From a virus (taxonomy: Duplodnaviria; Caudoviricetes), in the IMG/VR virus record IMGVR_UViG_3300008262_003210: a DNA stretch of 64,000 bases; one strand, 5' to 3'. Numbering within the stretch: position 1 is the stretch's first letter; every line of letters starts with the position of its first letter. The position numbers were made by a program, and so were the translations under genes. Under the pieces are notes generated by a model that did not search any database, was not told where the DNA came from, and saw nothing but the letters and a program-made list of their open reading frames with translations. Positions 29,931-39,564 of this stretch are shown here, in pieces.

Positions 29931-30878
29931 ATGCCAAAATACAAATTTAAAAATTCAAATACAGCATCAACTGTTCCTAGCTCTTTAGTAGCAGGAGAAG
30001 TTGCATTTAATCTGTCAGACGGAAGAGGTTGGCAAGGAAATAGTGCAGCATCAGTTACAAAAATTATAGACACAGTTGGTAAACAGGCAGCAAATAATGT
30101 AGCTATAACCGGAGGTTCTCTTGCTGTAACTAGTGTTGGTGCTACAGCTCAGGCCGCAGCAGTTGCAACTTCAACTACAATTGGCGGAACAGCATTGGCT
30201 AATATATCTTCAGATCCAAGATCTGTTGCCACAAACGCTGTTTTAACTAATTATGCAGCTCAAAATTTAGCAGTTGAAGCTGGATCAAAGTTAAAAAATG
30301 TCTTTACATACACTGGCGGAACAAATACCTATACAAAAAGCGGCGATGATGTTAGAATAATACATGTAATAGTCTGCGGAGGTGGCGGTGGTGGCCGTGC
30401 GTATGCCGAATCAGGCGGCGCCGGCGGGTACGCTGAAAGAGTAATAGATGCTACTGGTATAACAACTGTTACAGTAACAGTTGGTGGCGGCGGAGCAGGC
30501 GGGGCATATTTTGGATTTAGCCCCGGCGGATCTACAACTAGTTTTGGAGGATTTGTTTCAGCACCAGGAGGTGGTGGCGCAAATGCTCACATACAGCATA
30601 ATGGTGGTTTAGGTGGACTAGGATCAGGCGGACAACTAAATGTGTGGGGAGGTGGCGGTGGTGGCCACAACAATCAAGATCAATATAACGGTAACGGTGC
30701 TCCCGGACACGGTGGAGTAAGCTTCTTTGGCGGCTCTCAACCTAGTGGGCACGGTGGTCAACAACCATCAGATGTAGCAGCTTGGGGTTCAGGTGGAGTA
30801 GCAACTAACCCAGCCCATAACGGCCAAGGCGGCAGAAATGGCAAGGGCGGAATTTGTATTGTTTATGAATATAAATAA
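29931..30878 (+). CDS. Tail-fibre-like protein with Gly-rich C-terminal domain (315 aa), paralog 3
   Basis: VPSSLVAGEVAFN N-terminus; KNVFTYTGGTNTYTKSG...GICIVYEYK C-terminus. Confidence 0.75.
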   Translation: MPKYKFKNSNTASTVPSSLVAGEVAFNLSDGRGWQGNSAASVTKIIDTVGKQAANNVAITGGSLAVTSVGATAQAAAVATSTTIGGTALANISSDPRSVATNAVLTNYAAQNLAVEAGSKLKNVFTYTGGTNTYTKSGDDVRIIHVIVCGGGGGGRAYAESGGAGGYAERVIDATGITTVTVTVGGGGAGGAYFGFSPGGSTTSFGGFVSAPGGGGANAHIQHNGGLGGLGSGGQLNVWGGGGGGHNNQDQYNGNGAPGHGGVSFFGGSQPSGHGGQQPSDVAAWGSGGVATNPAHNGQGGRNGKGGICIVYEYK

Positions 30879-30896
30879 AAAATAGGAATTAGGAAC

Positions 30897-31292
30897 ATGA
30901 AAAGAGCATTAGTTGATAAAAGATTTTGGACTGTATGTCAAATACTAGGACCAGACGAAAACGAGTTTGAAACAACCTCAGATTTTATCTGGGTTGACTG
31001 CCCTGATAATTGCGAATCAGCCTGGGGATACGACGAAGACACAAGAGAATTCACAGACCCACATGCTCATGCAAGGGACGAATTTGGAAATCCAATTGAA
31101 CCATTTTACATGCAAAGAATGAGAGCATATCCTCCCATGGGTGATCAATTAGATATGTTGTTTAAAGAAATAAGAGATACTGGTACAATTTCTTCGGACG
31201 GACAATGGTTCCAATCCATACAGACTGTCAAAGATACTGTTCCTAAACCAGGTGCAGAAGGCGATCCTGGAAATTACCTTCCTCCTACCTAA
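30897..31292 (+). CDS. Probable tail-fibre assembly/chaperone-like protein (131 aa)
   Basis: Acidic; WVDCPD...W.YD and R..AYP..GDQLDML motifs typical of small proteins that follow phage fibre genes. Confidence 0.55.
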   Translation: MKRALVDKRFWTVCQILGPDENEFETTSDFIWVDCPDNCESAWGYDEDTREFTDPHAHARDEFGNPIEPFYMQRMRAYPPMGDQLDMLFKEIRDTGTISSDGQWFQSIQTVKDTVPKPGAEGDPGNYLPPT

Positions 31293-31889
31293 TCACCATA
31301 CACCAAAGTTAACTACACATCTGTGTCCGGTAGTTGGCCTAGTGCTAGTATGATAACGAGAGCCATCAAATACGATGGCTCTTCCTTTTTTAGGTGTAAT
31401 ACTCTTAAAAATTTGTAAATTTTCTTTTTTAAGATCATCAGGCGGAATGTCTCTAAAAGTTTTGTCATATATTACAGTATCTCCGTCGCTGTCTGTAACA
31501 TAATATAGAACTACAATATGACTAACTTCTCTATCAACATGCGGATGGTCTAATGCACTTTCTAAATTTGGCAGTGGGATAGTTAAAAAACTTCTTGCAG
31601 CAATAACTTCGTTTACATGAAATTTAATTTTTTCGCAAGCATTATATACAATAGGTAAAACTAGTCCGTATCCAGGACTGATAATTCCAGCAGTCCTGTC
31701 ATAGAATTTATGAGCAAATGCAGGTTTAGCAACTGCTACATTTAATTCGTTAAATTTTTCATTGTCAAATGTTATATCTCTCATATAATGCCAAGTTATA
31801 TTATTTCCCAGCATCTGAGTTTCTATCAAATCTTGATATTGTTTAGGAACAATATCATCTAATACAACAACGTCGTCTATTATAAGCAT
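31293..31889 (-). CDS. Fe(II)/2OG dioxygenase (HxD type), 198 aa
   Basis: PHVD...VLYYV.DSDGDT...KGRAIVFDG..YH.S..P....R.V.N. Confidence 0.8.
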   Translation of the reverse strand: MLIIDDVVVLDDIVPKQYQDLIETQMLGNNITWHYMRDITFDNEKFNELNVAVAKPAFAHKFYDRTAGIISPGYGLVLPIVYNACEKIKFHVNEVIAARSFLTIPLPNLESALDHPHVDREVSHIVVLYYVTDSDGDTVIYDKTFRDIPPDDLKKENLQIFKSITPKKGRAIVFDGSRYHTSTRPTTGHRCVVNFGVW

Positions 31890-32461
31890 ATTGAATTAAA
31901 TGAAATAACTATCCTTGGTTGCGTTCCTTGATACACGTCGGCATCGTGTAGCAACATACTAGGAAATAAAACTAAATTTCCAGGAGAACAATTAACAGTA
32001 AAATGTTCATCGGCAAATTCTAAACCAAGTTTTCTTTCCATGTAATAAGGCAAGTACCAGTTATTACTTCCTCCTTTATTGTTTTCACTATCAACATAAA
32101 AAATACCAGACCAAGTTGAACCAGGGTGATGATGGGGTTTGTGATACCCGCCACATCTAGTAACATGTGCCCAACTTTCGGTAATTACTGTTCTGTAATT
32201 AGTGTTGTTAAAATTATTAATTAATGCAGTAGATTCTTGTATCAACCATAATTTTAAATTATTAATATCTGTTTGTTTTTCTAAAAAATCAAACGATGAC
32301 TCCCATAAATTTAATTTGGCATTAACTGCTATATTAGATTCTACAGTATTAGGGATTTCAGCTTTAAGGCAAGTCTCGACTATTGTTTTCTTATTATCCT
32401 CAAATTCTTTCCATGTACTTGTAAGTAAAGGAATTTTTCCTAATAGCGTAAATTGTCTCAT
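31880..32461 (-). CDS. Putative Fe(II)/2OG dioxygenase, TIGR02466/PF13759-like (HxH), 193 aa
   Basis: ESW.......YH.PHHH....WSGIFYV...G.LVLFPS.L.H...R..ISFN. Confidence 0.8.
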   Translation of the reverse strand: MRQFTLLGKIPLLTSTWKEFEDNKKTIVETCLKAEIPNTVESNIAVNAKLNLWESSFDFLEKQTDINNLKLWLIQESTALINNFNNTNYRTVITESWAHVTRCGGYHKPHHHPGSTWSGIFYVDSENNKGGSNNWYLPYYMERKLGLEFADEHFTVNCSPGNLVLFPSMLLHDADVYQGTQPRIVISFNSICL

Positions 32462-33195
32462 TTATCTATCTCTAAATCTTTAGATTCTAAAATGTATTTT
32501 ACTTTATTTTTAATAAAACTTCTCCAACCAAATCTTGATAGTTTGTTTAAATTAAGAAGATTAGAAAATCTTTTATGATCTTTTTCAGTATATGATTTAG
32601 ACTCTGCGTGTATAGTTTCTCTTTTATAAGGAATCACTTGCACTAACGGATCACCCATTTTAATTAATGTATCTTTTTTTTCAAAAAACATTAGATTTAT
32701 AGGATTGCGATTTAGCATACTATCTGTATCAACTATTGCGGGTAATGCTTGATAATTTTTATTGTGATAAAAATAAGGCAACCACATTAGGCCATACCCT
32801 TGTTCGGTTACAATACTCCAGGGGCTATTTAATTTAATAGACATTCGTAATTCAAACTGATTGCCAATAGTATCTCCTATCTGTTCCGAAGAATGAATTT
32901 CATACCCGTAATCAGTATTGCTCATTTCTATTTTTACAGAATCCTCAAAAAAAGATACTTGTATATCGCACCATGCAGGAATGATATAACCTGCTTTTGT
33001 ATAATTTGATATAGCCGGGCATTGCCTAATTGTTAACTGACTTGCAGATTTACTGTGGTCAAAAGGACAAATCTCACCAACCGGCAGATTTTTAAATTCG
33101 TCAGGAAAGTATTTTTCTGCCGGAATAACTGGAGCATAGTTTCTTATAGCCCAATCAGGACAACTAAATGTTATTTGATTATTACTCATTGGCAA
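32458..33195 (-). CDS. Conserved hypothetical protein, dUTPase-like beta fold (DUF6065-like), 245 aa
   Basis: QCPA....GY.IP...D; K..SPW...T..GY; IKMGDPLVQVIP; paralog of 39555..40256. Confidence 0.5.
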   Translation of the reverse strand: MPMSNNQITFSCPDWAIRNYAPVIPAEKYFPDEFKNLPVGEICPFDHSKSASQLTIRQCPAISNYTKAGYIIPAWCDIQVSFFEDSVKIEMSNTDYGYEIHSSEQIGDTIGNQFELRMSIKLNSPWSIVTEQGYGLMWLPYFYHNKNYQALPAIVDTDSMLNRNPINLMFFEKKDTLIKMGDPLVQVIPYKRETIHAESKSYTEKDHKRFSNLLNLNKLSRFGWRSFIKNKVKYILESKDLEIDK

Positions 33196-33772
33196 ATATA
33201 TCCACTGATATTGTCAGTGTCATAACTAGCCTATTTTCTTGACTAGAATTTATTTCAGTTTTATGATGTAAAAATCCAGGGAAAAAGATCACATCATTCT
33301 GGTTAACTTCTAAAATAGTCCAGTCATTTTTGTTATTTTTTGGAAAACCAGAAAATGTATATTGTAACGGATCTTTAAACATTATATTTCCGCCTAATTT
33401 AGGTTGTTTTAAATAGATAACAATATTTTGATGACACATTGCATGATCATGCTCATCTGTCCATGCGCCTGGGGGATGTAAGTTTACCCAGCTTCTGTGT
33501 ACACGTCTTGGACGGTCAACAAAATTAGATGTATCCCACACTATTTTACTTTGTTGAATTAACCACTCTTTTAGATCTTTACAAACAGGATCATTAATTA
33601 AGTTGTTTATAGTACTGTATGTAGACTTGCCACCGTTTTTTTCTAAATTATGATTTGAATTTTCATTAAAGTATGTCAAAAATTTACTAGAAATATTTGT
33701 TAAATCTCCGGGATAAACAGATTTATGTATTAAACTAGGCCAAAGATTTATGTGTTCGATTGATGACGTCAT
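33182..33772 (-). CDS. Putative Fe(II)/2OG dioxygenase, TIGR02466-like (HxH), 196 aa
   Basis: RSWVN...G..T.EHDH......YL...GG...F.DP...FFP..L.H......R.V. Confidence 0.8.
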   Translation of the reverse strand: MTSSIEHINLWPSLIHKSVYPGDLTNISSKFLTYFNENSNHNLEKNGGKSTYSTINNLINDPVCKDLKEWLIQQSKIVWDTSNFVDRPRRVHRSWVNLHPPGAWTDEHDHAMCHQNIVIYLKQPKLGGNIMFKDPLQYTFSGFPKNNKNDWTILEVNQNDVIFFPGFLHHKTEINSSQENRLVMTLTISVDIFANE

Positions 33773-33773
33773 A

Positions 33774-34361
33774 TTATTCTACCAATTCGATCCACGTTGA
33801 CATAATGTATTTTGTTCCAGACAGCGGAGGATTTCCTCGATGAGTGTGTGTATAACTTGCAGGCGCAATAATCATTGTTCCCCGTTTTGGCGGGATTCTT
33901 ACAGACTGATATAAAAATTCTGTTTCCCCACCATGTTCAATATCATTTAGATATAGCAACACAAATGCCAGTCGTCTTGCTGTTCCTATGTTTGCATGTT
34001 CACAATGCCATACATGATAGCCTTGCCTAGGTTCTGTTTTTTGTATTTTTACAGATTCACTTATGGCTTGTTTTGATATACTATTCAAAACTCCAATTTC
34101 ATTAGAATACGATAAAAAATTAGCTCTAATTGATTGATTAAATTCTTTTAAAATATTACTGTTGATATTAATTATAAAATCGTCAACCTCGTTTTCAACA
34201 AAATACTTTTCGTCGTCTTTGTTAATTTTTAAAGCACCGTCGTGTTGCTGTCGATTTAACGTTCTCCCTTCAGATTGCATTCTTTCAAAATGTGCAATCG
34301 CTCTATTACAGAAATCATCTGTTACAGAATTTGAATAAACTTTTATAAAAAAATCATTCAT
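33774..34361 (-). CDS. Fe(II)/2OG dioxygenase, prolyl-4-hydroxylase-like (HxE), 195 aa
   Basis: KIQKT....GYH.WHCE...R.L...LYLND...GGETEF.YQ....P..G.....P..YTH.HRGNPP....KYI...W. Confidence 0.85.
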   Translation of the reverse strand: MNDFFIKVYSNSVTDDFCNRAIAHFERMQSEGRTLNRQQHDGALKINKDDEKYFVENEVDDFIININSNILKEFNQSIRANFLSYSNEIGVLNSISKQAISESVKIQKTEPRQGYHVWHCEHANIGTARRLAFVLLYLNDIEHGGETEFLYQSVRIPPKRGTMIIAPASYTHTHRGNPPLSGTKYIMSTWIELVE

Positions 34362-35943
34362 ATTTGTTTTTTAAATATTGATATAATGTCGTAGCAGAAT
34401 CAGCAAATTCGTTTCTTTCGGCTAGGTCAGCATCCCATTTGTGCCAACATATATCCTTTAAGTAAGTCACGTACTCTGTATTAGCATTCCTAAACAACGT
34501 TCTTTTTAGTAAACTACTATCAATTGGAAACAGATTCATTCCTGTGGCAATCATCATAGATCCGCCCATTTCTATATCATATAAATGACTTACAAATTTT
34601 CTATGTATTAGACTGTCTATTCCGTAAGTTGCATAAACACCTAACTGCATAGTTTTAGGATAATTACGTTTTTGAGCAGCTTGCCAATAAGGTGTTTGAT
34701 CTCTGTGACTCATAGCATAATGTAAGGCTACAAATTCTGCAAACGCTCTAAAATCTCCTCTACATGCTTCGTTAAAAGCAGTTTTATCAAACTGACTTAC
34801 CGAGTTTCTATTAAGTATTGCAACCAGTTTTAATAAAAATTCATGAACTGTATACAAACCGTTAGACTCTAATGGTTCAATAAAGCCGGCAGCAAGTCCA
34901 ATTCCACAAACATTTTTGTGATAAATTTCTTTGTGTATTCCTACTCTCATCTTAATGTTTTTAAATTCTAAAGAGTCAATAACAGATTTAGGAATTGGAA
35001 CTTCTCTTTCGTTTTCTAAATATTGTTTAAATTCTTCAAGAGCAGCATCGTCAGAAATAAATTTATCACTATAAACATATCCAGTACCAGTACGACTCCA
35101 TAATGGAATGTTCCAAACCCACCCATTTCCTATAGCTGTGCAATTAGTAAATGGCTCTAGTTCTTTCTCTTTATCTTGAAACGGGATACGTGTTGCCCAT
35201 GCGCTGTTGTTAGGTAATAAATCATTATAACTTTCAAACGGTGTGTGTAATGCTTTATCTAACAATATAGATTTAAAACCGGTGCAATCTAAGAATAAAT
35301 CAGCAGTAACTATATCACCGTTATCTAATACTAAAGACTGAATTCCGTCGTCTTCCACTTGTACAGACAACACTTCTGCTTGAATGTGTACAACTCCTTT
35401 TGGAATAGCGTATGAATCTCTTAACCATGCACCAAACTTTGCCGCATCAAAATGATAAGCAACATCTCTATCAAAATTCCAGCCTGGTATTTCGTTGTTT
35501 TTATTATCGGTAATTTTATTTTTATTAACTAATGCCATGGCCGGAAAGAATGTATCGGCAAAATTTGAGACAGGTATCTCAGGTTGCATTGCTTTTCTTG
35601 TGTACCAGTCATTAACTCCGTAAGGAAAGAATTTATTGTCAAATAGCGGGACTCCAAACGGGTAATGAAATGCCCCAGCATTTTCTTTGTAAAAATTAGT
35701 GAATTTGATGCTCATTTTATAACTAGCATCACATTGTTTCATCCAGTCGTCGTCTTTTATGTCGAGGTCATGCAGCCATTCGTTTATCTGCCCAATAGTA
35801 CTTTCGCCTACGCCCACAGTTGGGACGTTAGGGCTTTCGATTACATAAATTTCTTTGTTTGGAAAATTTTTAATTAGCGTTGCTGCGCTCATCCATCCGG
35901 CGCTGCCGCCGCCTACTATAACAATTTTATTAACAATACTCAT
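34354..35943 (-). CDS. Flavin-dependent tryptophan halogenase homolog (PrnA/RebH family), 529 aa
   Basis: GGGSAGW FAD motif; VGVGEST; CDASYKMSIKF (catalytic Lys as in RebH K79); GWVWNIP; FIEPLESNG (Glu346-equivalent). Confidence 0.9.
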   Translation of the reverse strand: MSIVNKIVIVGGGSAGWMSAATLIKNFPNKEIYVIESPNVPTVGVGESTIGQINEWLHDLDIKDDDWMKQCDASYKMSIKFTNFYKENAGAFHYPFGVPLFDNKFFPYGVNDWYTRKAMQPEIPVSNFADTFFPAMALVNKNKITDNKNNEIPGWNFDRDVAYHFDAAKFGAWLRDSYAIPKGVVHIQAEVLSVQVEDDGIQSLVLDNGDIVTADLFLDCTGFKSILLDKALHTPFESYNDLLPNNSAWATRIPFQDKEKELEPFTNCTAIGNGWVWNIPLWSRTGTGYVYSDKFISDDAALEEFKQYLENEREVPIPKSVIDSLEFKNIKMRVGIHKEIYHKNVCGIGLAAGFIEPLESNGLYTVHEFLLKLVAILNRNSVSQFDKTAFNEACRGDFRAFAEFVALHYAMSHRDQTPYWQAAQKRNYPKTMQLGVYATYGIDSLIHRKFVSHLYDIEMGGSMMIATGMNLFPIDSSLLKRTLFRNANTEYVTYLKDICWHKWDADLAERNEFADSATTLYQYLKNKYE

Positions 35944-35973
35944 GTTACTCCAATCTAATGTATATAATAATTA

Positions 35974-36621
35974 TCACATTGTAGAGTCTACTATAACATT
36001 TCCTGAAATTGTTATTCTATGCTTGTCTGAAGATAAAAATGGGTAAACCAAATGTTTCATTTGAGACGGAAAAAATAAAACAGTACCTTCATACTTGCTT
36101 TCTGCAAAAAACGGTAACATAGTAATTTCCCCAAATACATTTGTATAGACAAAATTAAACGTTGTTGCTAACGGGTAATTAGAGCTAGAAACACAAGGCA
36201 TCTCCATCTCTGTTTTTAAATCATACGGAATGTTTACCCAAATAACAAAACTAAAAACACCAGTATGATCATGTAACGGATTGTATTCGGTTTTCTTTTG
36301 AAAATTAACCCATATAGGATCCAACTTAAAAGATATTGTTTTTACGGACGGGTGTTTTCTTAGAATTTCAGACTTATAGTTCCAGGCAAGCATATATTCG
36401 CCTGCCATTTCAAGCACAGTAGATTCTATAAGTGTTTGACACCTATCTAAATAAAATTGATATTCTAAATGGCCTGCTAGATTTTTTTGAATTTTAGGAT
36501 GGTCTTCAATTGCATTTTCAATAAGTGCAACTTCTTCTTTAATTTTTAAAAGAATATCATCAGGTATAGTAGCTATAGAATAGCCATAATTTGGAAACGC
36601 TTTATGTTCAATTTTCATCAT
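35974..36621 (-). CDS. Putative Fe(II)/2OG dioxygenase, TIGR02466-like (HxH), 215 aa
   Basis: WVNFQ...EYNPLHDH.G.FSFVIW...EG..LFFPS...H.VYPF......RI.ISGN. Confidence 0.8.
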   Translation of the reverse strand: MMKIEHKAFPNYGYSIATIPDDILLKIKEEVALIENAIEDHPKIQKNLAGHLEYQFYLDRCQTLIESTVLEMAGEYMLAWNYKSEILRKHPSVKTISFKLDPIWVNFQKKTEYNPLHDHTGVFSFVIWVNIPYDLKTEMEMPCVSSSNYPLATTFNFVYTNVFGEITMLPFFAESKYEGTVLFFPSQMKHLVYPFLSSDKHRITISGNVIVDSTM

Positions 36622-38102
36622 TTAGAAAAATTAACAACAGTACATGAGTTTCTAGATTTTAAAATTTCTAAACATTCTCTATGAGGAATCATAGTTTGTT
36701 CTTCAATAAACTTTTTAAAATCTTTTTGTAGTTCGTTTATAGAAAACAACATGTCTTCATTTTGTTGCGACATCATATTTTTTATGCTTTCTGCATCAAG
36801 CATTTTTAAACCGTGCATGACTAATAACCAATTTACTTCTCTAAAAAGCAAATATGGTTTAGTAAAGAACGTTGTATTAGGCCCAGACATTTTAAAATGC
36901 TCTAATGTTTGCTGATTAAATTCAGTTAATTTTAAATTTTTACAATCCTTCCAAAAAGCAGAATCACTTCTGTTAGTTATATAATGCAATTGAACAAAGT
37001 CAATAATATTTTTAGCTACGTCTTCAAAATCGGAATTATATTTGTCAATTAATGGCTGATTGCCGTGTTCATAGTTTACTAAAGAGTTAGCAATGCCAAA
37101 TGCTTGCTGAATAGAAGTTCCTATACTACTTGCCTCTAACGGTTCAACAAAACTTCCTGCAAGTCCAACAGAAATGCAATTTTTAATCCAAAATTTATTT
37201 ACATATCCTGCTGTAAATTTAAATGTTTTAGCAATATTAATAGGAGAGGAAAAAACTGATTGTGCTTCTGCTATGGCTTGTTCGTCTGTAATAAATTTAT
37301 CACAATATACATAACCATTACCAAATCTATCAATAGTTGGTATTCTCCACATCCAACCAGAACTCATTGCAGTACTAAGGGTGTGTGAAGGAATATCTTC
37401 TATTTTTTCTGTAGGAAATGCAAACGCACTATTCATTGGTAGATAGTCAGAACAGTCTACCCATGTTGCACCTAATTTAGAAGATATGACACGTTTAAAT
37501 CCACTACAGTCAATAAAAAAATCTGCTGAATATTTTCCAGATTTGCCAACTAGTTCTGAAACATGACCTGTGTTATCTAAGATAACATCGTCTATTGTAT
37601 CATCAATAATTTTTATATCTCTGATTAAACATTGCTTAATAAGATAATCGTTAAGTTTCATTGTATTGAAATGAAACTGATTAACGGTTCCCTCCAATGG
37701 CTCGTAATGAACTGATTTATGAAGGTTATCAGGAATAATATCGTGATGTGTTTTTCCTTCAGCAATCATACCTAAATAAATGTTATTAGGACCATTATAG
37801 CTTTCTTTTAAAAAATGACCATGGACACTATGAAAATAATAGTCATCGTCTCCATTCCAATTTATAAATTTTATACCAGATTTAAATGTTGCATCTGTTT
37901 CTTTTAATAATTCTTGGATTGAAATTCCTGCAACCTGCATAAAGCGAGCCCAATGTTCAGTTGACCCTTCTCCAACTCCAATAATGCCAATGTCAGATGA
38001 TTTTACTATTGTAATATCAAGTTTTCTGTAGATAGATTTTAATATAATTGCGTTAACTAGTCCACTAGTCCCACCGCCAAGAATTATTAAATTGTTAATC
38101 AT
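36618..38102 (-). CDS. Flavin-dependent tryptophan halogenase homolog, 494 aa
   Basis: GGGTSG; IGVGEGS; ATFKSGIKF; GWMWRIP; FVEPLEASS. Confidence 0.9.
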   Translation of the reverse strand: MINNLIILGGGTSGLVNAIILKSIYRKLDITIVKSSDIGIIGVGEGSTEHWARFMQVAGISIQELLKETDATFKSGIKFINWNGDDDYYFHSVHGHFLKESYNGPNNIYLGMIAEGKTHHDIIPDNLHKSVHYEPLEGTVNQFHFNTMKLNDYLIKQCLIRDIKIIDDTIDDVILDNTGHVSELVGKSGKYSADFFIDCSGFKRVISSKLGATWVDCSDYLPMNSAFAFPTEKIEDIPSHTLSTAMSSGWMWRIPTIDRFGNGYVYCDKFITDEQAIAEAQSVFSSPINIAKTFKFTAGYVNKFWIKNCISVGLAGSFVEPLEASSIGTSIQQAFGIANSLVNYEHGNQPLIDKYNSDFEDVAKNIIDFVQLHYITNRSDSAFWKDCKNLKLTEFNQQTLEHFKMSGPNTTFFTKPYLLFREVNWLLVMHGLKMLDAESIKNMMSQQNEDMLFSINELQKDFKKFIEEQTMIPHRECLEILKSRNSCTVVNFSK

Positions 38103-39564
38103 ATAGTTTTTTCCATTCTTCTGTTGATAAACAATCTTTTGTTATCAAATTTATTTCGTTTCGCAACTGATTGTATTCGGTTGTGACTTTTTCTAATATG
38201 TTTTCGTGTTTAGAATTTAAAATATTCTTCAACATTGTTTTATCAACTAAATTATAAGCCTGTAATACAACCGCATAATTTTCTAAAGAGTATGCAACTC
38301 CAAAATCATAAAAATTTCCATTTTTAATAGCATCTAATTTAGATTGTAAAGATTCAGGAATAGAACTAATGGACAAATGCCTATTCCAAAATTCTGTGTC
38401 ATTTTTTCTATTTCTATAGTGTAAAGAAATAAAATCTACTGTATCATTAACAATATCTTCGTATGCAGAATTAAACCTGCTTTGTCCGTGCAAATGAGTT
38501 TGCTTGCAAGGGCTCCATGTTTCAGAAAGTATTCGCAACATCATGGCTATCATAGTGTGTCCGCCAGACCCAAGCGGTTCTAAAAATCCAGAACTGAGTC
38601 CTATAGCAATTACATTTTTCTGCCAAGGATTCATGGCCATTTCAGGTACCCACGATGCCTTTGCAACTAAATCAACAGTTTTACCAAGTTTGCGTTCAGC
38701 TTCTAATTGTGCTTGTTCTGAAGATATTAGAGATTCATCGTAGACATATCCATTCCCACTTCTTGATTGTAAATCAATATTAAATCTCCAACCATAATCC
38801 ATTGCAATCATGTTGCTATAGGGCTGTAAGTTTGATTTGTCCCACCAAGCAATAACACTATTAGCTGTAAAATATTTAGAAAAATTTTTAAATTTAATTC
38901 CTAATTCTTTTTTTAACAGCAGTTGATTAAATCCGCTACAGTCAATAAAAAAATCAGCTTCAATGTCTTGATTTTCTAAAATTAATTTTTTAATACCAGT
39001 TTCGTCTTGTAACGATGATTTATATTTTGATAGAACTAGTTTTATATCTAAAGATAATCCTATGTTTTTAAAATAATCAGCGTTCTTTCTGCTATCAAAA
39101 TGATACATAGGTCTAACTACAAATCCGTTTGCAGTAAATGGTGTCAATCTATTTTCTAACAGAGCTCCTGAAACGGTAGTTTTGTGTAAAGGTATATCTG
39201 CAGCTAACAATCCTTTAAGTAAGACATTGTCAGTTCCAAATTCAGGATTGTAATAATCCCACCGATTTCTGTAAGAAGAAAAAAGAGGCTGTATAAATGT
39301 AGTGTTGTTTGCACCCCACCCTACAAATTTACCTCCTAATTTTGGTAATGCATCAACTTTTTTAATCCAGTCGTTTGTGTCAATGTCTAAAAAATCTAAC
39401 AAATCAACAAAAGGCGCTGTGCAACTTTCTCCGGCTATGATTGGCGGGTGTTTTGGATCTTCTATAACTGTAATATCTAAGGACGGCCAAACTTTTTTGA
39501 AAAAAATAGCTGATAGCCAGCCACTTGTTCCTCCGCCTAGTATAGCAACAGTTTTTACATCCAT
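38095..39564 (-). CDS. Divergent flavin-dependent halogenase homolog (about 489 aa; start re-called at MDVK)
   Basis: GGGTSGW; IIAGES; ALPKLGGKF (Lys kept); WxWxIP replaced by WRFNID and FLEPLES by FLEPLGS. The 39564 start gives a short overlap with the upstream gene, like others in the array. Confidence 0.8.
   Translation of the reverse strand: MDVKTVAILGGGTSGWLSAIFFKKVWPSLDITVIEDPKHPPIIAGESCTAPFVDLLDFLDIDTNDWIKKVDALPKLGGKFVGWGANNTTFIQPLFSSYRNRWDYYNPEFGTDNVLLKGLLAADIPLHKTTVSGALLENRLTPFTANGFVVRPMYHFDSRKNADYFKNIGLSLDIKLVLSKYKSSLQDETGIKKLILENQDIEADFFIDCSGFNQLLLKKELGIKFKNFSKYFTANSVIAWWDKSNLQPYSNMIAMDYGWRFNIDLQSRSGNGYVYDESLISSEQAQLEAERKLGKTVDLVAKASWVPEMAMNPWQKNVIAIGLSSGFLEPLGSGGHTMIAMMLRILSETWSPCKQTHLHGQSRFNSAYEDIVNDTVDFISLHYRNRKNDTEFWNRHLSISSIPESLQSKLDAIKNGNFYDFGVAYSLENYAVVLQAYNLVDKTMLKNILNSKHENILEKVTTEYNQLRNEINLITKDCLSTEEWKKLYD

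Noticed and set aside
670-30000. Many short antisense or alternate-frame ORFs over the giant structural genes (e.g. 670..945, 8676..8960, 18311..18727, 27165..27446)
   Set aside because: Shadow ORFs arising from codon bias of the long genes; no RBS or motifs.
35944-35985. Internal late promoter (GATAATTA on minus strand) before the 529-aa halogenase
   Set aside because: One mismatch to the motif in very AT-rich sequence; too weak to call.
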